A DNA stretch of 63,005 nucleotides, filler included, from Reticulomyxa filosa (Eukaryota > Protista > Foraminifera), in NCBI GenBank assembly GCA_000512085.1. It is 19 parts of 19 records of this genome, joined end to end, with 100 filler letters (N's around TTAATTAATTAA, not from the genome) between each part and the next. Parts side by side here need not be neighbours in the genome. Positions count along the whole stretch, not along the records: positions 45,725 to 58,621 come from ASPP01013001.1; positions 58,722 to 60,870 come from ASPP01028885.1; positions 60,971 to 63,005 come from ASPP01015795.1; 16 more parts are not named here. One strand, 5' to 3'. The first letter of the stretch is position 1. Every line of letters begins with the position of its first letter. Positions 48,397 to 61,011 of the stretch are shown piece by piece. Position numbers and translations under genes: made by a program. The notes beneath the pieces are model-generated. The model saw only the letters and a list, made by a program, of their open reading frames with translations, had not been told where the DNA came from and searched no databases.

Positions 48397-49885
48397 ATGA
48401 CGCATTTTGGTTTAAAGTTTTCACTATGGCTTATTTTTTTATTTGTTCTGGCAACTGCCGAAAAAAAGTTTCCAAGCCTCGTGTTCCAAAATGTCAGTCA
48501 AGCAAGCACTTTCGGTTTGAACCGAAAGTACCTCGACGTGAACAAGACTTATCATATTGCACTTATTATCGGTGTTGTTTTTTTTTTTTTTTGTGTTTGG
48601 TTACTTGTTTTAAATACAAAAAACAAACCAAAATAGTGGCGAGACGTGTTGCAACAGAACGCACACAGATCAAATAATAAAAGTGATATACCCGTACTTA
48701 GAACCCAACGTGACACAAGAATGCAGGTTGGTTTGCACTAAAAAAAAAAAGAAAAAAGCAAACGTACCTTCTTATGAAACGTACATGTACAACGGATATC
48801 CGACAGAAATGCAGGAATAAATGTGGCGTGTTCGGACTGTGATCCACGTATAGGGACAAAGCAACTCACTGGCATTTGCACAGTTATATAAAAAAAAGTG
48901 TTTGTGTAGTGCAATTTTTTTTAGGAAAAGGAGTAATTCCAAGTGCATTTGAGTGAAGGGTTAAGGCTGGTCTTTTGCATAGGAAGTTTGTGAGCATTGG
49001 TATCACGCATGCAAAAGTGACTATTTCCAGGTGAATACCCGAGGCAATATTGTGATTTGTAGTGAAAATCAGTTAGTTTGCACTCGTTTGAAAAACTTGG
49101 TAAGCAACGCCAAAGAGTTTTGTGAGCGAAGTGGGTATGAAGTGAACACGGCGTATATTTCGTGCTATGATGGGTCTATACCATCCTATGATCCGTCCTT
49201 TTCAAGTCATACTCACGCTATTCCCAAACACCAACTTCTCATTTGGTGGAACTCGATTCAACAATTTTACTATCAATTCCTTAGTGCTCTGCATTTAATG
49301 CCCTTTTACCAACAGTGTATGTTTATAATGTCTTACCAAAAAAAAAAAACCCAATCTGCAATTAATTGAACCCAAAATACATTAGGCTTTATTTTTATGG
49401 CGTTGTTTTATGGCATTTGGCACTTTTTGGTCGGCTTCATTGGGCTATTGCGATATATCCGAGTCCACTTTTCACAACCCATTCAATTGACTTCGCAAAA
49501 TGATTCCAACAGTGAACAAAATTACGAAAATGAAAAAAACAAAATTCGCTCGCAAAGACTAAATAAATTTAATTCGGAGCAATCTACTGATCATTTACAA
49601 CATAAAGATGAAAACAAAACAAGTCATAGCAGCGTTTCTAACATACTTAAAGCCAAAGAACGTGAACTTGAAAACCAGTTAAATCTACAACAAGAGATTG
49701 CACAACTCATTGGCTTAGAGAAGAATGATCTTAACGATGATGAAGTCGATTATGAAGAGGATGAAGAAACTGAAGAAGATGAAGAAGATGAAGAAAATGA
49801 AGAAGATGAAGAAAATGAAGAAGATGAATATGAAGATGAAGAAAATGAAGAAGACGACAAAAAAGAAAACCAAGAAAATGAATAA
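48397..49885 (+). CDS. Folate-receptor-family Cys-rich domain protein with signal peptide, TM helix and acidic tail
   Basis: Signal peptide; TCCNRTHTD, ACSDCDPRIG, ICT..CEHWYHACKSDYF, CTRL...KEFCERSG...CYDG; hydrophobic segment at ~49300-49460; poly-E/D C-terminus. Confidence 0.7.
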
Positions 49886-50819
49886 TTTGTTCACAATTTA
49901 AACAACCAAAAATCCATTTTTACTACAATCGAAAATTGCGAATCGATTCATTTGTTTCTGATTTTCTATTGTTTTATCTTTTGTGATGTCTCATTAAACA
50001 TCTAACTTTCAATTTTTAATGTCTCGTGTTTCTTAGCGACACGCAAGTATTTCCTTCTTCTAAACAAAGCCAAGTGAAAATTTGAAATGCACTTTTCCCT
50101 ATTGCACGAGGGCAATGCTAGTTAAATAATGATAATTAAGTCAAAGGGATTGAAATAAACTCCTTCAATTTTACATTATTCAATCCCACATCCATGAACT
50201 ATCGCATCTAATTGACAACGTGTATAATGACTTGCATATCCACTCATATCACTTTTTATTCGATATAAAAATATAGTCGTGTGAAACCTTTAAAAATTCA
50301 AATGAAAATCATTACGAATTACGTTAATACACATGGCAATAAGTACAATACATTAAAATTATAGCTGTCCTTCTGCAAGTTAAATCCAAAATTAAAAATA
50401 TGCAAATACAAAATAATTACGATTTAAGTCGGTGATAAGTGACCAAATTAGTTATTTCAAAATAGTAGCTATAAAATAAATCTAAAAATTCAAAAACAAA
50501 CGTATAAAATAGTGAAAACATTCCAAAAAAAAGTCTTTATATAAGTAGAATTGTGTAGTTTCAAAACATTTTTGGATCTTCAGCTATGACACAAATTGAA
50601 TACGAACTGTCTTACAATCCAACAGTGAAACAGTAAATTCGCTTAAGTAGACTCAAGTAAATAGAGTATTATTAAGCGCAACATAGTGTCGAAAAACGGT
50701 TTCCATTGAACTTGAGATACTTACAAACGGAACTAGCAAACTAGCAAGGGCAAGAACATTCTTTGTTTTTTAGCTGCAAAGCTCAATACTGGAATTATTA
50801 ATTTTTCTCTCCTTCGAAT

Positions 50820-51467
50820 ATGAGTTCGGTATCTCCACCAATAGTGGCACGGCAAAATGCCCATCGTGGGTACTATCATCGTTTAAAATTAGTAGCAGTG
50901 GCGGCGTCACACCGTTTAATGGTAAAAGCTAACGACATAGTTCTAATTCAAAAAACAACGGATGCAGCAGCGAATGGGTACCGACCGTCGTTCTTGGAAA
51001 GACTGGACGAATATTCACGTGGACAACTGAAGAAAGACATTGTACCCGAGTCGATTTACTCAGGGAAAGTGCATGGAAGCGAAAATGTGGAACCAATAGT
51101 AGATATATGCCTGATATCAACAGAAGCGGCATGTCCAGACAACTTTGCATATGTGAATGACCCGAAGGGCGAGCGTGTGCCCATTCTATTAGGAAGCGGA
51201 GAAGGGTATTACCTATGTTATCGTCGAGGTACGCAAGGAAGCGGAGGAGAAGAAAGGCCAATTACAGACATCCAAATAATTTTCCGAAAGTCGAATATTC
51301 CGCAAGGCTACATAGCACTCAATCGAACGCACGACGGCAATTTCCTCTCTTATCTCGTGCAGTCGTCGCAATCGCCTCCGCCATCGTCCATTGGTAACGT
51401 GGAAGAGTACTATAACAATAGCAATAACAACAATAACAACAATAATAATAACAATAATAATAATAAC

Positions 51468-51510
<43 letters not shown>

Positions 51511-54500
51511 GCGACAATTCTGTCGGCGTCAGCGGAGGGAGCAGCAGTAGTAATGGCATGCCGAACACGCCAGTGAGCGCGAGTGGTGGCAGTATCGAGT
51601 TGGGATTGAAACTGAATCAATCGACCACCGACGAGGCGATGAACTTGAATGCAAGTTTGAGTGTGAACCCGGAACAACAGGACAATCCAAACGAAAAGGA
51701 GAGCGAGGTGGTGCTAAGCAAGGCCAAGTCATTGCCAAAGAACCTGCAGATCACGAGCATGCCGTTCAACACTCCGGGCAGCAGTTTGAATCTCATGGCC
51801 CAAGCGGAAGACAACAATGCGGTGACCCCGGAGCCCATGATGCGAAAAAGTGCGTCCATGTCGGTGGCCGAAAATATGGATTCACCGTTATACAACGGAC
51901 GCAATGAACACACGACGGAAATGTATAGCAATGTTCCTATGATTATCTATTCGCGCAGTGGTGACGCGCCGATCATGAATTTGGAATTTGTGTTTCCCTT
52001 GAAGAAAAGACCAGGGTTTATTCCAATGACGCAAAGCATTGAAGGCAAGCCAGCCAATTTGAACGGAGGGAGCAAAGACGACACTCGCAATGTATTTCTG
52101 TCGATGACTTTGGATGTACGGCCTTATCGCTTCAGCGAGGAGGATCTCTTGCTGCATTCGCACTTTCGATTCCTAACGCCATTGCTCATTACGCTCCATA
52201 TTCGCAAGGCGGATCTGGCCATCACCGCGTTGGACTCATTGAAAACCTTGCTTTTGAGCAACTTTATTCGCTTCAAAGACAGAAGTCTGATGTCTCTTGG
52301 ACTCATTCGCATTTGTCGCGCCGTGGCCCAAAGCATCGTGATGTTCAATCAAGACTACCACACGCAACTGGTCGAGTGCATGTGCATCCTGATGCAAAAG
52401 TTTATCCACCATCTGCATCCTTCGTCCCTTTGGAACATGCTGTCCTCGGCCTTGCTACCTTTCGACGTTGATCTGTGCACGCGCGTGCTGGAATGCTGCT
52501 TCAACACGAGCATCGCATATGTGCGTGTGCTGGTGTTTGGTGATGAAATGGACGAAAGGGGCCTGTTGGTTCGCAAACAAAACCGTCTGCTGAACGCGTT
52601 AAAAGAGTCCTCGATGGCCCCGCATGTAGCGCGCATGTTCTCCACGCCGGAGACGATGGAAGACAGAGATGTCAGTATCAACGCCGAAGACTTTATCCGA
52701 GCGTTGGTATTTGATATCGCAGAAATGGCCAGTCGAAAGGGAGAAGCGGAAGCGATGATTCATGAGATATTCAAAACGAATATCTTTATGTCTGATTGTC
52801 GAGCAATGATAGGTCGAATGGGCGATACGTTGTTCTCTACGGGCGTCGACAAGGCGTGGGGTCCATTTGGACTATTCTTTTTGTTCTGCACTCGACAATG
52901 CATGATTCCATACGATGTCATGTTCAAGACGGGATATCGATATCGAAGCTTCTTGTTGTGCTGGAAGTATTTGCAAATGATGGTGGAACACTTGAAAGAC
53001 CCAACATTCCGAAAGCAAATGCCGGAGTCGATCAAGTTTTTGATCCGAAGAGCGATATCGCGCATGATCATATTCAATCTGTGCTCCACCAACGACGAGT
53101 CATTGGATATCAAACTGACCGATTCCAACTCCAACCCCGATCGAGTCACCGCCTTTGCCATCACGCTAAACATTTTCCAAACCATGTGTTTGGACTGTTG
53201 GACATTTTACCAACAGGAAATCAGTGTGATCATCGAACAAGTGCTATTGCCACTGCTGATGGAGCCCTTTACACAACAAGATCGCAAATTCCATATCCTC
53301 CATTTCATCGAAAAGATATCGACGCGTATCGAGTTGGTGGTGGATTTGACGTATAGCATCGACATCATCGGCGGACGAAGAGTGTTTCATGCCATTCTCG
53401 ACTGTCTGCTCGGACTGTTGGTGGAGACAAACAGTCATCTGAAAGAGTTTGGCACGCCCGTGATCGAGTTGATCAATCTCGACACGCAGAGCTTTCAAAG
53501 GAACTACGACTTTCAGCTGTTGATCCTAAAGTGCGTCAGCAACATTGCCAACAGCTGTTCGCAATGGTTTGAAGAGCGCGTGGTGCGACAGAACAGCGCT
53601 GACGATCCCATGGAAAACGCCGTGGTCCAGAATCGAAATGATACCACCGAACGACGATGGCAAAAGTGGGCCTATCTTCGCAAGACTGATCAGGAAGCCA
53701 TGGCCTTTATCACCGGCGCGTCCACTGACGAAGACAGCGAAAAGGCCGTGCGAAAGGCGATCGAGTACATGTACTCGAAACATCTCTTGCCTGTCAATGG
53801 CGTATGCATTGCCGATTGGTTGCACGAACATCGCTGGGACATCCCACCCACTATGCTGGGCGACTATTTGGGGGGTACTCGTCCCAAAGAAGACAAGCCC
53901 GTCGAAGAGGACGTGCGATTGTTTTATATTCAAAAATGTCAACTCAATTTCAATGATGGCTTGGAAATCGTAATGGGACAGTTTTTGACCAAGTGCGGAT
54001 TTCGCATGCCCAAAGAGTCGCAAAAGATTGAACGCATTTTGGAGTCATTCGCCAAAGTTTACGTCAGCAAACGTCCGCAAGACTTTGCCAACTCTGACGC
54101 CGCATTTGTCATTTTCAATGCCATCTTGATGCTCAACACCTCGTTGCACAATCCTCAGATGAAAAAGAAAGACAGACTGAGGTTAGACCAATTCATCAAC
54201 ATATGCATGGGCGTGCCCAAGCAAAATCTCACGCGTATCGATTACGAAAAGGTGTATGCGCATATCAAAGACTTTCCCTATCAAATCTCATTCGATCGAG
54301 AAGATAAACAGGCCAACGAACGACGCTTCGATGTTTGGTGTCGTCGACCCATTCTGAACCAACGTTATCCCATCTTTGCTCAGACGTCGAGCGTGGCCAG
54401 GGTTTTGGAGGGTCTGGAGTCGTACAACGTGGTCCAGCCCACGAACAATGCCATTTCAAAGACTCTGCCATCTTCTCAGACCAATCGATTATCATCAAAC

Positions 54501-56145
54501 AATAACGAAGGCTTTGTTGAAGACATTATGGCTGCGTTGCTCGAGCCTGATCAAAAAGTCCGAGAGGAACTCGAATCCAAAGACGAACATTTCAATATCC
54601 AGTCCAAGAAGTTGCAAGATGAACTGTTGGCCATGTCCAAAGATCAAAAAGATTCGAAAAAAAGGAGGGCTATGTACTATAACTTTGCCGACCAAGTCTT
54701 CACTCGTGCCTCGTATTGGCTCGCGCGCGTGTCCAGTGAAAGCACTCAAGTTGCCGTGGTGGAACGGCGAGTCGAGGTCGCGTCCGTTCTCATGGACAAC
54801 TGGTGGGGCCGATTCCTTGATGTTATCAAAGTCATGTGCGATGACACATCGATGGATCCGCTGGCCACGCCCTTGGCGCTTCAACTCTTTTCCCCAATGT
54901 TCACCTGGTGTGTCTCTCTTCGAACGTACGGACACAAGCCTGGAACCATTGCCTTTGACGCCTTCCTTCAAAGATATCTCAGGTTTGGTAACGAGACTTG
55001 TTGTTCATTCACGATATCACACACACACACACACATACATACATATATACAATTCACATATGTCACTGTTAAATGCATGTTCAATTAAAAAAAAAAAAAA
55101 AAAAGAATGGTGGGCCGCTGCTCGAAAGAAACTTGCTCAAAACGTTTTGCATAGTTTGCCTCCAGACACTGAGCTATTTGTATGTTACAAACGAGACATC
55201 TCTTATCAAGGACAGCCTTGCAATTATTTTTATTCTTTTTTTTTTTTTTGTTGACAGTAACAGAATTGCTGTATTTTAATAAATATCTCACAAAATATAT
55301 GTACCTACATTTGGTTAAATAGAAAATTCGACAAAGTATTTGGAATAAACCCGAAATTGAATTGTATTCACTTCAAACCCACATCGATACATACAAAGCA
55401 GCGGTCGTCGCGAAAGCACACAGCGAAAGAATGCAAGGAGTAGCATTTCACTTTGAAAATACCTTGATAATTGTAAATAGACGAGAATTTTTAGGCTCGC
55501 AAGATGTTGTGAAAGTAAGCAATGACGAACGAACTCGAAACGAGTATCGCATGTTTTTGTTTAGCGATATGATTTTGTATGCGTCCGGCAAACCTGGGAA
55601 ATACAAAGTCCATCGAATATTATATTTGGCTCTTTGCACCGTGGAAGATTTACTGGATTGTCGAAACTATCAAAATGCATTTCGCATCAACAGCCCCCAA
55701 AAATCAATAACGATATCCTTTCCTTCTCCTTATATCAAACGAGTTTGCTTTGAAAAAATTTCTAAAGCGATCAGATCGCATCAAGAGTCTGTGGGTCGTC
55801 TTATCATGGAAATGAAGACAGATCCAAACCCAGATGTACAAAAAGAAGCAGATTTGTTCTGTCGCTCCAGCGCCTTTTTGCTGAAGGATTTGGAGTCTGT
55901 GAAGAAAAAAAAAGACTCTGTACAATGATCACTGCAAGCTTTGTTGCAAGCAATTTCAGTCTGTTATCAAACGTCGCAAAACTTGTCCTGTGTGTAACGA
56001 TAAAAACATATGCAGAGATTGTTTCAACGAAAAAGCCAGCATCGACGGAAACACGAAGAAAAAAGTATGCGATGGATGTGTTGATATTGTTAATGGCAAG
56101 ATACGAGTTATTGAATGGCTCTCTTTATCTCCGAGTCAAACGTAA
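50820..56145 (+). CDS. Large ArfGEF: MABP beta-prism, helical (DCB/HUS-like) region, Sec7, PH and FYVE-like zinc finger
   Basis: MABP-like repeats (PIVDICLI, PITDIQII...IPQGYIAL, ANLNGG..VFL). Sec7 FRMPKESQKIERILESFA and AILMLNTSLHNP. PH RMFLFSDMILYA...NAFRINSPQKS. Eight-Cys finger (CKLC, CPVC, CRDC, CDGC) after a one-base frame break in the A9 run at 55905-55913. Confidence 0.85.
51412..51509 (+). repeat. (AAT/AAC)n poly-Asn tract inside the ArfGEF gene
   Basis: About 30 Asn codons in frame. Confidence 0.9.
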
Positions 56146-56551
56146 AATTTGTATTTTTGCGGCTGCGGCAACACTTCATACCGCTTGAGCGGATAACTAT
56201 GTTGCTCTAAACGCAATACTTTCTTGTAAACGTTTCCACTTGTATAAATTTTTCTTTGTGTGGATCCCAGTGTTTAATCACTTACTAGCTTCGGGTTGAA
56301 GCATGCTGCCTAATACATAAAATCAATGACGATTTTTTAGACTTTCAATGTAAATTACGAAAAACATAAATTTGGAAAACTTGTCAATGTTCTCCAACAC
56401 AAGTCCAATACTTACGAGGAGATATTACTCTGACGTTCTTTGGGCCGTGTTTGTCACAAGCAAATACGAACCGAACTTTTGTCGAATCCTTTTCTCCAAA
56501 AAAAAATCCTGTTATACATACCTAAACCTATACAATCTTTTTTTGCTCGAG

Positions 56552-57805
56552 ATGGCCCAAGACGAAAAAATTGATGATGTTTCAAGATTTCGACAGGAAC
56601 TGTTGGCTCCTTTTCAAAAACTGAAAGTAAGTGACTTAGACTTGTCACAAAAGCCCATCATTTTGTCAGCAAAACTGACACCTCGCCAAGCATTGGAAGA
56701 ATTGATCAAACACCACCTGAGATGTGCCCCTGTTGTGGACGGAGACAAATTTATCGGTGTGTTTGATTTGAGAGACGCCATAAAATTTGCTATGGAGGTG
56801 TATCGAAGCAAACATTTGAAAGAAGACGATCTTGTCGCAATGGAGTACATTGCTGTTTCTCCACATATTTCCACCAACACCTTGGCTTATTTGGGTATTG
56901 TGTACCAAACAAAAATTTTGTCCATATTTTGGCGATATTTCGTACTTTTTTTTTTTGTGACAAAAGGGGGCGAAGAAGTCAGTTGTTTGAAATACTGTGA
57001 ATCAAAAAATTCATTCCGAACACACATATAAAAGCACGAATGCGAAAATTTTGGGCAGTGAAAGAAAGCGACTCAGTTCTGTCGATGTTAAAAATAGTGG
57101 CGAAAGGGTCACATATTGTGGGTGTGTTATCGAGCGACGGAAAACAGTTAAAAAGCATATTGTCGCAGGGTCAAGTATTTCAACAGATCTCAAAACTTTG
57201 GACAGAGTTCAAAGAAGATGTTCCTGTTGAAACATTAAAAAAGCTAGGATATGTAAAATCTCCAGTTGTTTCAATATCATCTAAAACACCTGCACATGAA
57301 GCATTTGCTTTGATGGCAAATCATCAATTGAGTGGGCTTGCAGTTGTTGATGAAGATGGTATTTTGTTTTGTTTTTTATTTATATTGTCTCGAATTGTGG
57401 CTGCTTTTTTACAAAAAAAGCAATATTTGGAGAAAAGAAAAATTTGGAAAAAGCAGGCTCTTCAACTTGATTATCTAATGGAGGAATGTGTTTGATCCTG
57501 CGTGTACGAATAGGCAAATTGGTGCATAACACCTCTGCAACAGACATCAAATTATGGTTGAAAGCTTCAGAATCATTAGAGGCTAGCATAGAAGACTTTT
57601 TGGGGCAGTAAGAAAAGATTCGCATTCCTCAAAAGTGCAATTCCCTGTGTCAAGTGTTGAGGAGAAGTCTGGAATGGCTAAACTGGTTGCTAAGTTAAAA
57701 GCAACCAAATATCATCGTATGTGGGTAGTTGATGGTGGCCATAAGCCATCAGGAGTATTTGCAATCACAGACCTGTTTGCTTTTATGACAGACGAAAGCA
57801 AATAA
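56552..57805 (+). CDS. Four-CBS-domain protein (AMPK-gamma/Sds23-like)
   Basis: ALEELIKHHLRCAPVVD..FIGVFDLRD, AFALMANHQLSGLAVVDEDG|KLVHNTSATD, YHRMWVVD..PSGVFAITDL. One-base frame break at the G run 57602-57605. Confidence 0.85.
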
Positions 57806-60800
57806 TTTGTTTTGTTTTTTTGATTTGTTTATGCCCAAAAGTACTGTATATCAGCTTGGAAAGCTTTGACTTTCCTTTAAGTTGAAAACAGAGCAGAGAC
57901 ACCTGAGTTCAAAGGTTACATCTGAACTTTTCGACCAAACGCTAGTTTCTACGTACAGTAATCAATCACAATCATGCTCATTGCTAATTTTTTGACCCAA
58001 GCCTATACTCTTTATGAAATAATGCCCATCTCTTAAGGCTATTTCCCTGCCGAACATATACAACAAATAAAAAAAGAGCCAATACTTTTCATTTTCTGCT
58101 GCCAGGTTTACACATTGTGTTCAGCTTAAGGACAAGATATTGTTATGAATAAGTGATAAATTGTTTTGATTTTTTTATAATGCATAATATGTAAAGAAAT
58201 TAATAGAGTTTTTATTAAGCAATTGTTAATGTTTTTAAAAAAGTTTGAAAACATGCAAAAGTATTCTTTTTTCCACTAAACGGTCAATTTGTACCAATTA
58301 ATGTGTCCATGTATTGCTCACTAAAATGAAAGTGATGAGATAATTGAACAGCTCAAATTCTTGTAGAAAACAAAAATAACGATTTTGGCAAACAGACAAG
58401 CACAATCATTTCTCGTTTAATGTCCTATCTAGAATTGCATATGGCTGTCTTTTAGGATATTTTTTGAAGAAACAATATTTTTTTCAAATTTTCTGGCTAA
58501 TTATCCACAAATCATGGTAACCCAGGTATGTCTGATATCATAACTAATTTACGAAAAATCATACATTTAACAACTATATATACAGTAGGTTGCAAAGAAA
58601 ACTGAACGCCTAAAATATATCNNNNNNNNNNNNNNNNNNNNNNNNNNNNNNNNNNNNNNNNNNNNTTAATTAATTAANNNNNNNNNNNNNNNNNNNNNNN
58701 NNNNNNNNNNNNNNNNNNNNNTAAAAGAACGTTGTTGCACAATCATAATAAAAAAAACAACTTTTTTCATTATTATTTATTGCATTGAAAAAAACCAAGG
58801 ATTTTTTTTTATAATAATAAAAACTTGGTTTCGAATTTTTGTATTTTTACAAAATTTTTGAAGTAATTACAGTTTGCTTATTTTGTGAGATGATTTTTAT
58901 TGTGATAGTATTTGCTTGTTCATATGAGCTTTTGGATGATATCAAAATTATTAAATTGAAAAAAGTGAAAAAGATATTGCAGGCACCGGAAAATAAACAT
59001 ATGATGTGTGTTTTTTTTGGAATGTTATAATTGTGTATGGTTTACATACTCTTCACTGTTATAATCTTTTTTTTATTTCTTTACATTATCACTATGCTGC
59101 CTTTGCATAATGATAAAATTATCAAATGCTTATTTTTTGGATAGTATATTTAAAGCTATTATAAACTTGTTGAAATTACATTAGTGTTTGTTCATCATAG
59201 AATTCAATTAAATCAATTATTATTGTCTTGTGATATTTTTTAAATTATTTGTTGTTTTTCCAAAGTCGTTATAATCTTTATCATTTGCTCTTTGATGAAT
59301 GCTATATCATAATTAATACTATTCATTCAAATTTTCTCAAATTGACTTTATTCTTTGAAAACGGAAATATTACTTTTTGTAATTTGAGCTATTCTGAGCT
59401 AACAAGATGAACAAAAAAGGGCATTTCAAAATATTATCGTTTTTGTAACGACATTGTCCCAGCTTTTTACATTTTCTAAAAATATTTAGTGGTGTTTTCA
59501 TTAGATCTTTGTCTTGTTTAGCATATGCAAATGTTATTGCAGTCTAGTAATAGTAATAGTATTATTTTACATTTCCATTTCTTTGTTTTTCAATAGCAAT
59601 GATATTCTCGAAAATAAGCACTTGAGTTGCAATAAATTTTTGATGCCTGTTACATGATAAGGCTTGTTGAAAAACTATCCAAAAATTTAGTACAATGTAC
59701 GCATGGACATGATCATAGCCTCTACATATACTCAAGTGAAAAAAAAATATTATCAACGCCAGAGAAGGAAATAGAAAGGGTGTTCCATCGGTTCATTTCA
59801 CAAAAAAATCATTAACGCCATGTCTAATGTTGCTGTGGAGAAGTTGCGTGCGTTTTTAGCAAAGATCATCAAAGACTATAGCAAAAAGCAATTGGATATA
59901 TTGAAAGGCAGCATTCAGCTGAAAGATTTTGGTAAGAAGTTGGTGTGAACAAGACTTTGTGTGTGTAAAGAAGTGACTTAAACAACCAAATAAAAAACAA
60001 TAGAAATTGACGTAAACGTCGTAAACATGTATATGGCAACATATTTTCCATTTTTGGAAGTGATAAAATTAAAAATATCAGACTTGACATTGCAATTGTC
60101 AAATTACGCCTTGATAAAAAAGAACGCGACACAAGTAAAAATCAGGCAAGTAGAAATGGAATGTTCTCAAAAGGATTTTTCTAAACGCCGTGAAGTGGAG
60201 ACAAGTAGTCAAGATATGTCCTTTCTATCAGGAATTTTGCAAGAGGAAGCAACGTAATGTATATATTTTTAAATATCAATTCTGTCTAAGATGCAAATAT
60301 GTATTCATTCTAAATATACAATATATTAACTCATTTATGCAAAAAAAAAAAGCAGAACAATTCAAAAAGTGATTGATGGTGTACGCGTCAAAATACCGCA
60401 ATTGAAGGTGTACGTGCGTTTGTTTGGGCTGCCGAATATGGATTCGGCTGAATAGAAGCGCGATTGACTTCTTGGAGAAGAGATGAAAAAGATAGAGGGC
60501 GAGCCGAACATCTTTTAGATGGAGTTTGCGGAGTGCGTGTGATGTCAGACGAATTCGCAATGGAAGCAAACACGAATATCCACTGGCAGTAATTATTTAA
60601 AAACACGTATCAAACATTTTCTTTGTGAGTATGAATTGGAATATTTTACAATTGATTGTCTTTGCTCAATTTTTTGTAGTTATTTTTTTTTAGTTGTTGT
60701 AGTATGTGCATTTTGATTATTGTTTTGTTGTTCATACAACAGATACTTAGACTTAATTTTGATAAAAGTCAGTATCATGCATACTTTTTTTTTTTATCAA

Positions 60801-60977
60801 GCAAAGCATTAAAGCAAATTTGCAATTTTCAAAACTCAGTCATTTTAGATTATTAATGTTAATTCTCGAANNNNNNNNNNNNNNNNNNNNNNNNNNNNNN
60901 NNNNNNNNNNNNNNTTAATTAATTAANNNNNNNNNNNNNNNNNNNNNNNNNNNNNNNNNNNNNNNNNNNNTTTTTAA

Positions 60978-61011
60978 CATTACCCAAAGGGGGCCCTCCC
61001 AATATCAAACA
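60978..61011 (+). repeat. 34-bp direct repeat, copy 1
   Basis: CATTACCCAAAGGGGGCCCTCCCAATATCAAACA, 32/34 identical to copy 2. Confidence 0.9.

Noticed and set aside
56409-56500. U1 snRNA (ATACTTAC...GGAGATA)
   Set aside because: It lacks the CCTG after ATACTTA, the U1-70K and U1A loop motifs and a well-placed Sm site. Probably a chance match upstream of the CBS gene.
55905-57610. Euplotes-style programmed frameshifting or a variant genetic code
   Set aside because: The breaks go in opposite directions and sit on homopolymers, and intact genes here end at ordinary TAA or TGA stops.
58722-60870. Genes or a mobile element on contig 18
   Set aside because: AT-rich with short degenerate patches (e.g. 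60370-60600); no intact ORF, terminal repeat or motif.
1681-60970. Recurring palindromic TTAATTAATTAA as a CRISPR-like repeat or transposon target site
   Set aside because: It is always centred between two N44 blocks, so it is an artificial contig joiner. ORFs containing X runs and gene neighbourhoods across linkers carry no biological meaning.
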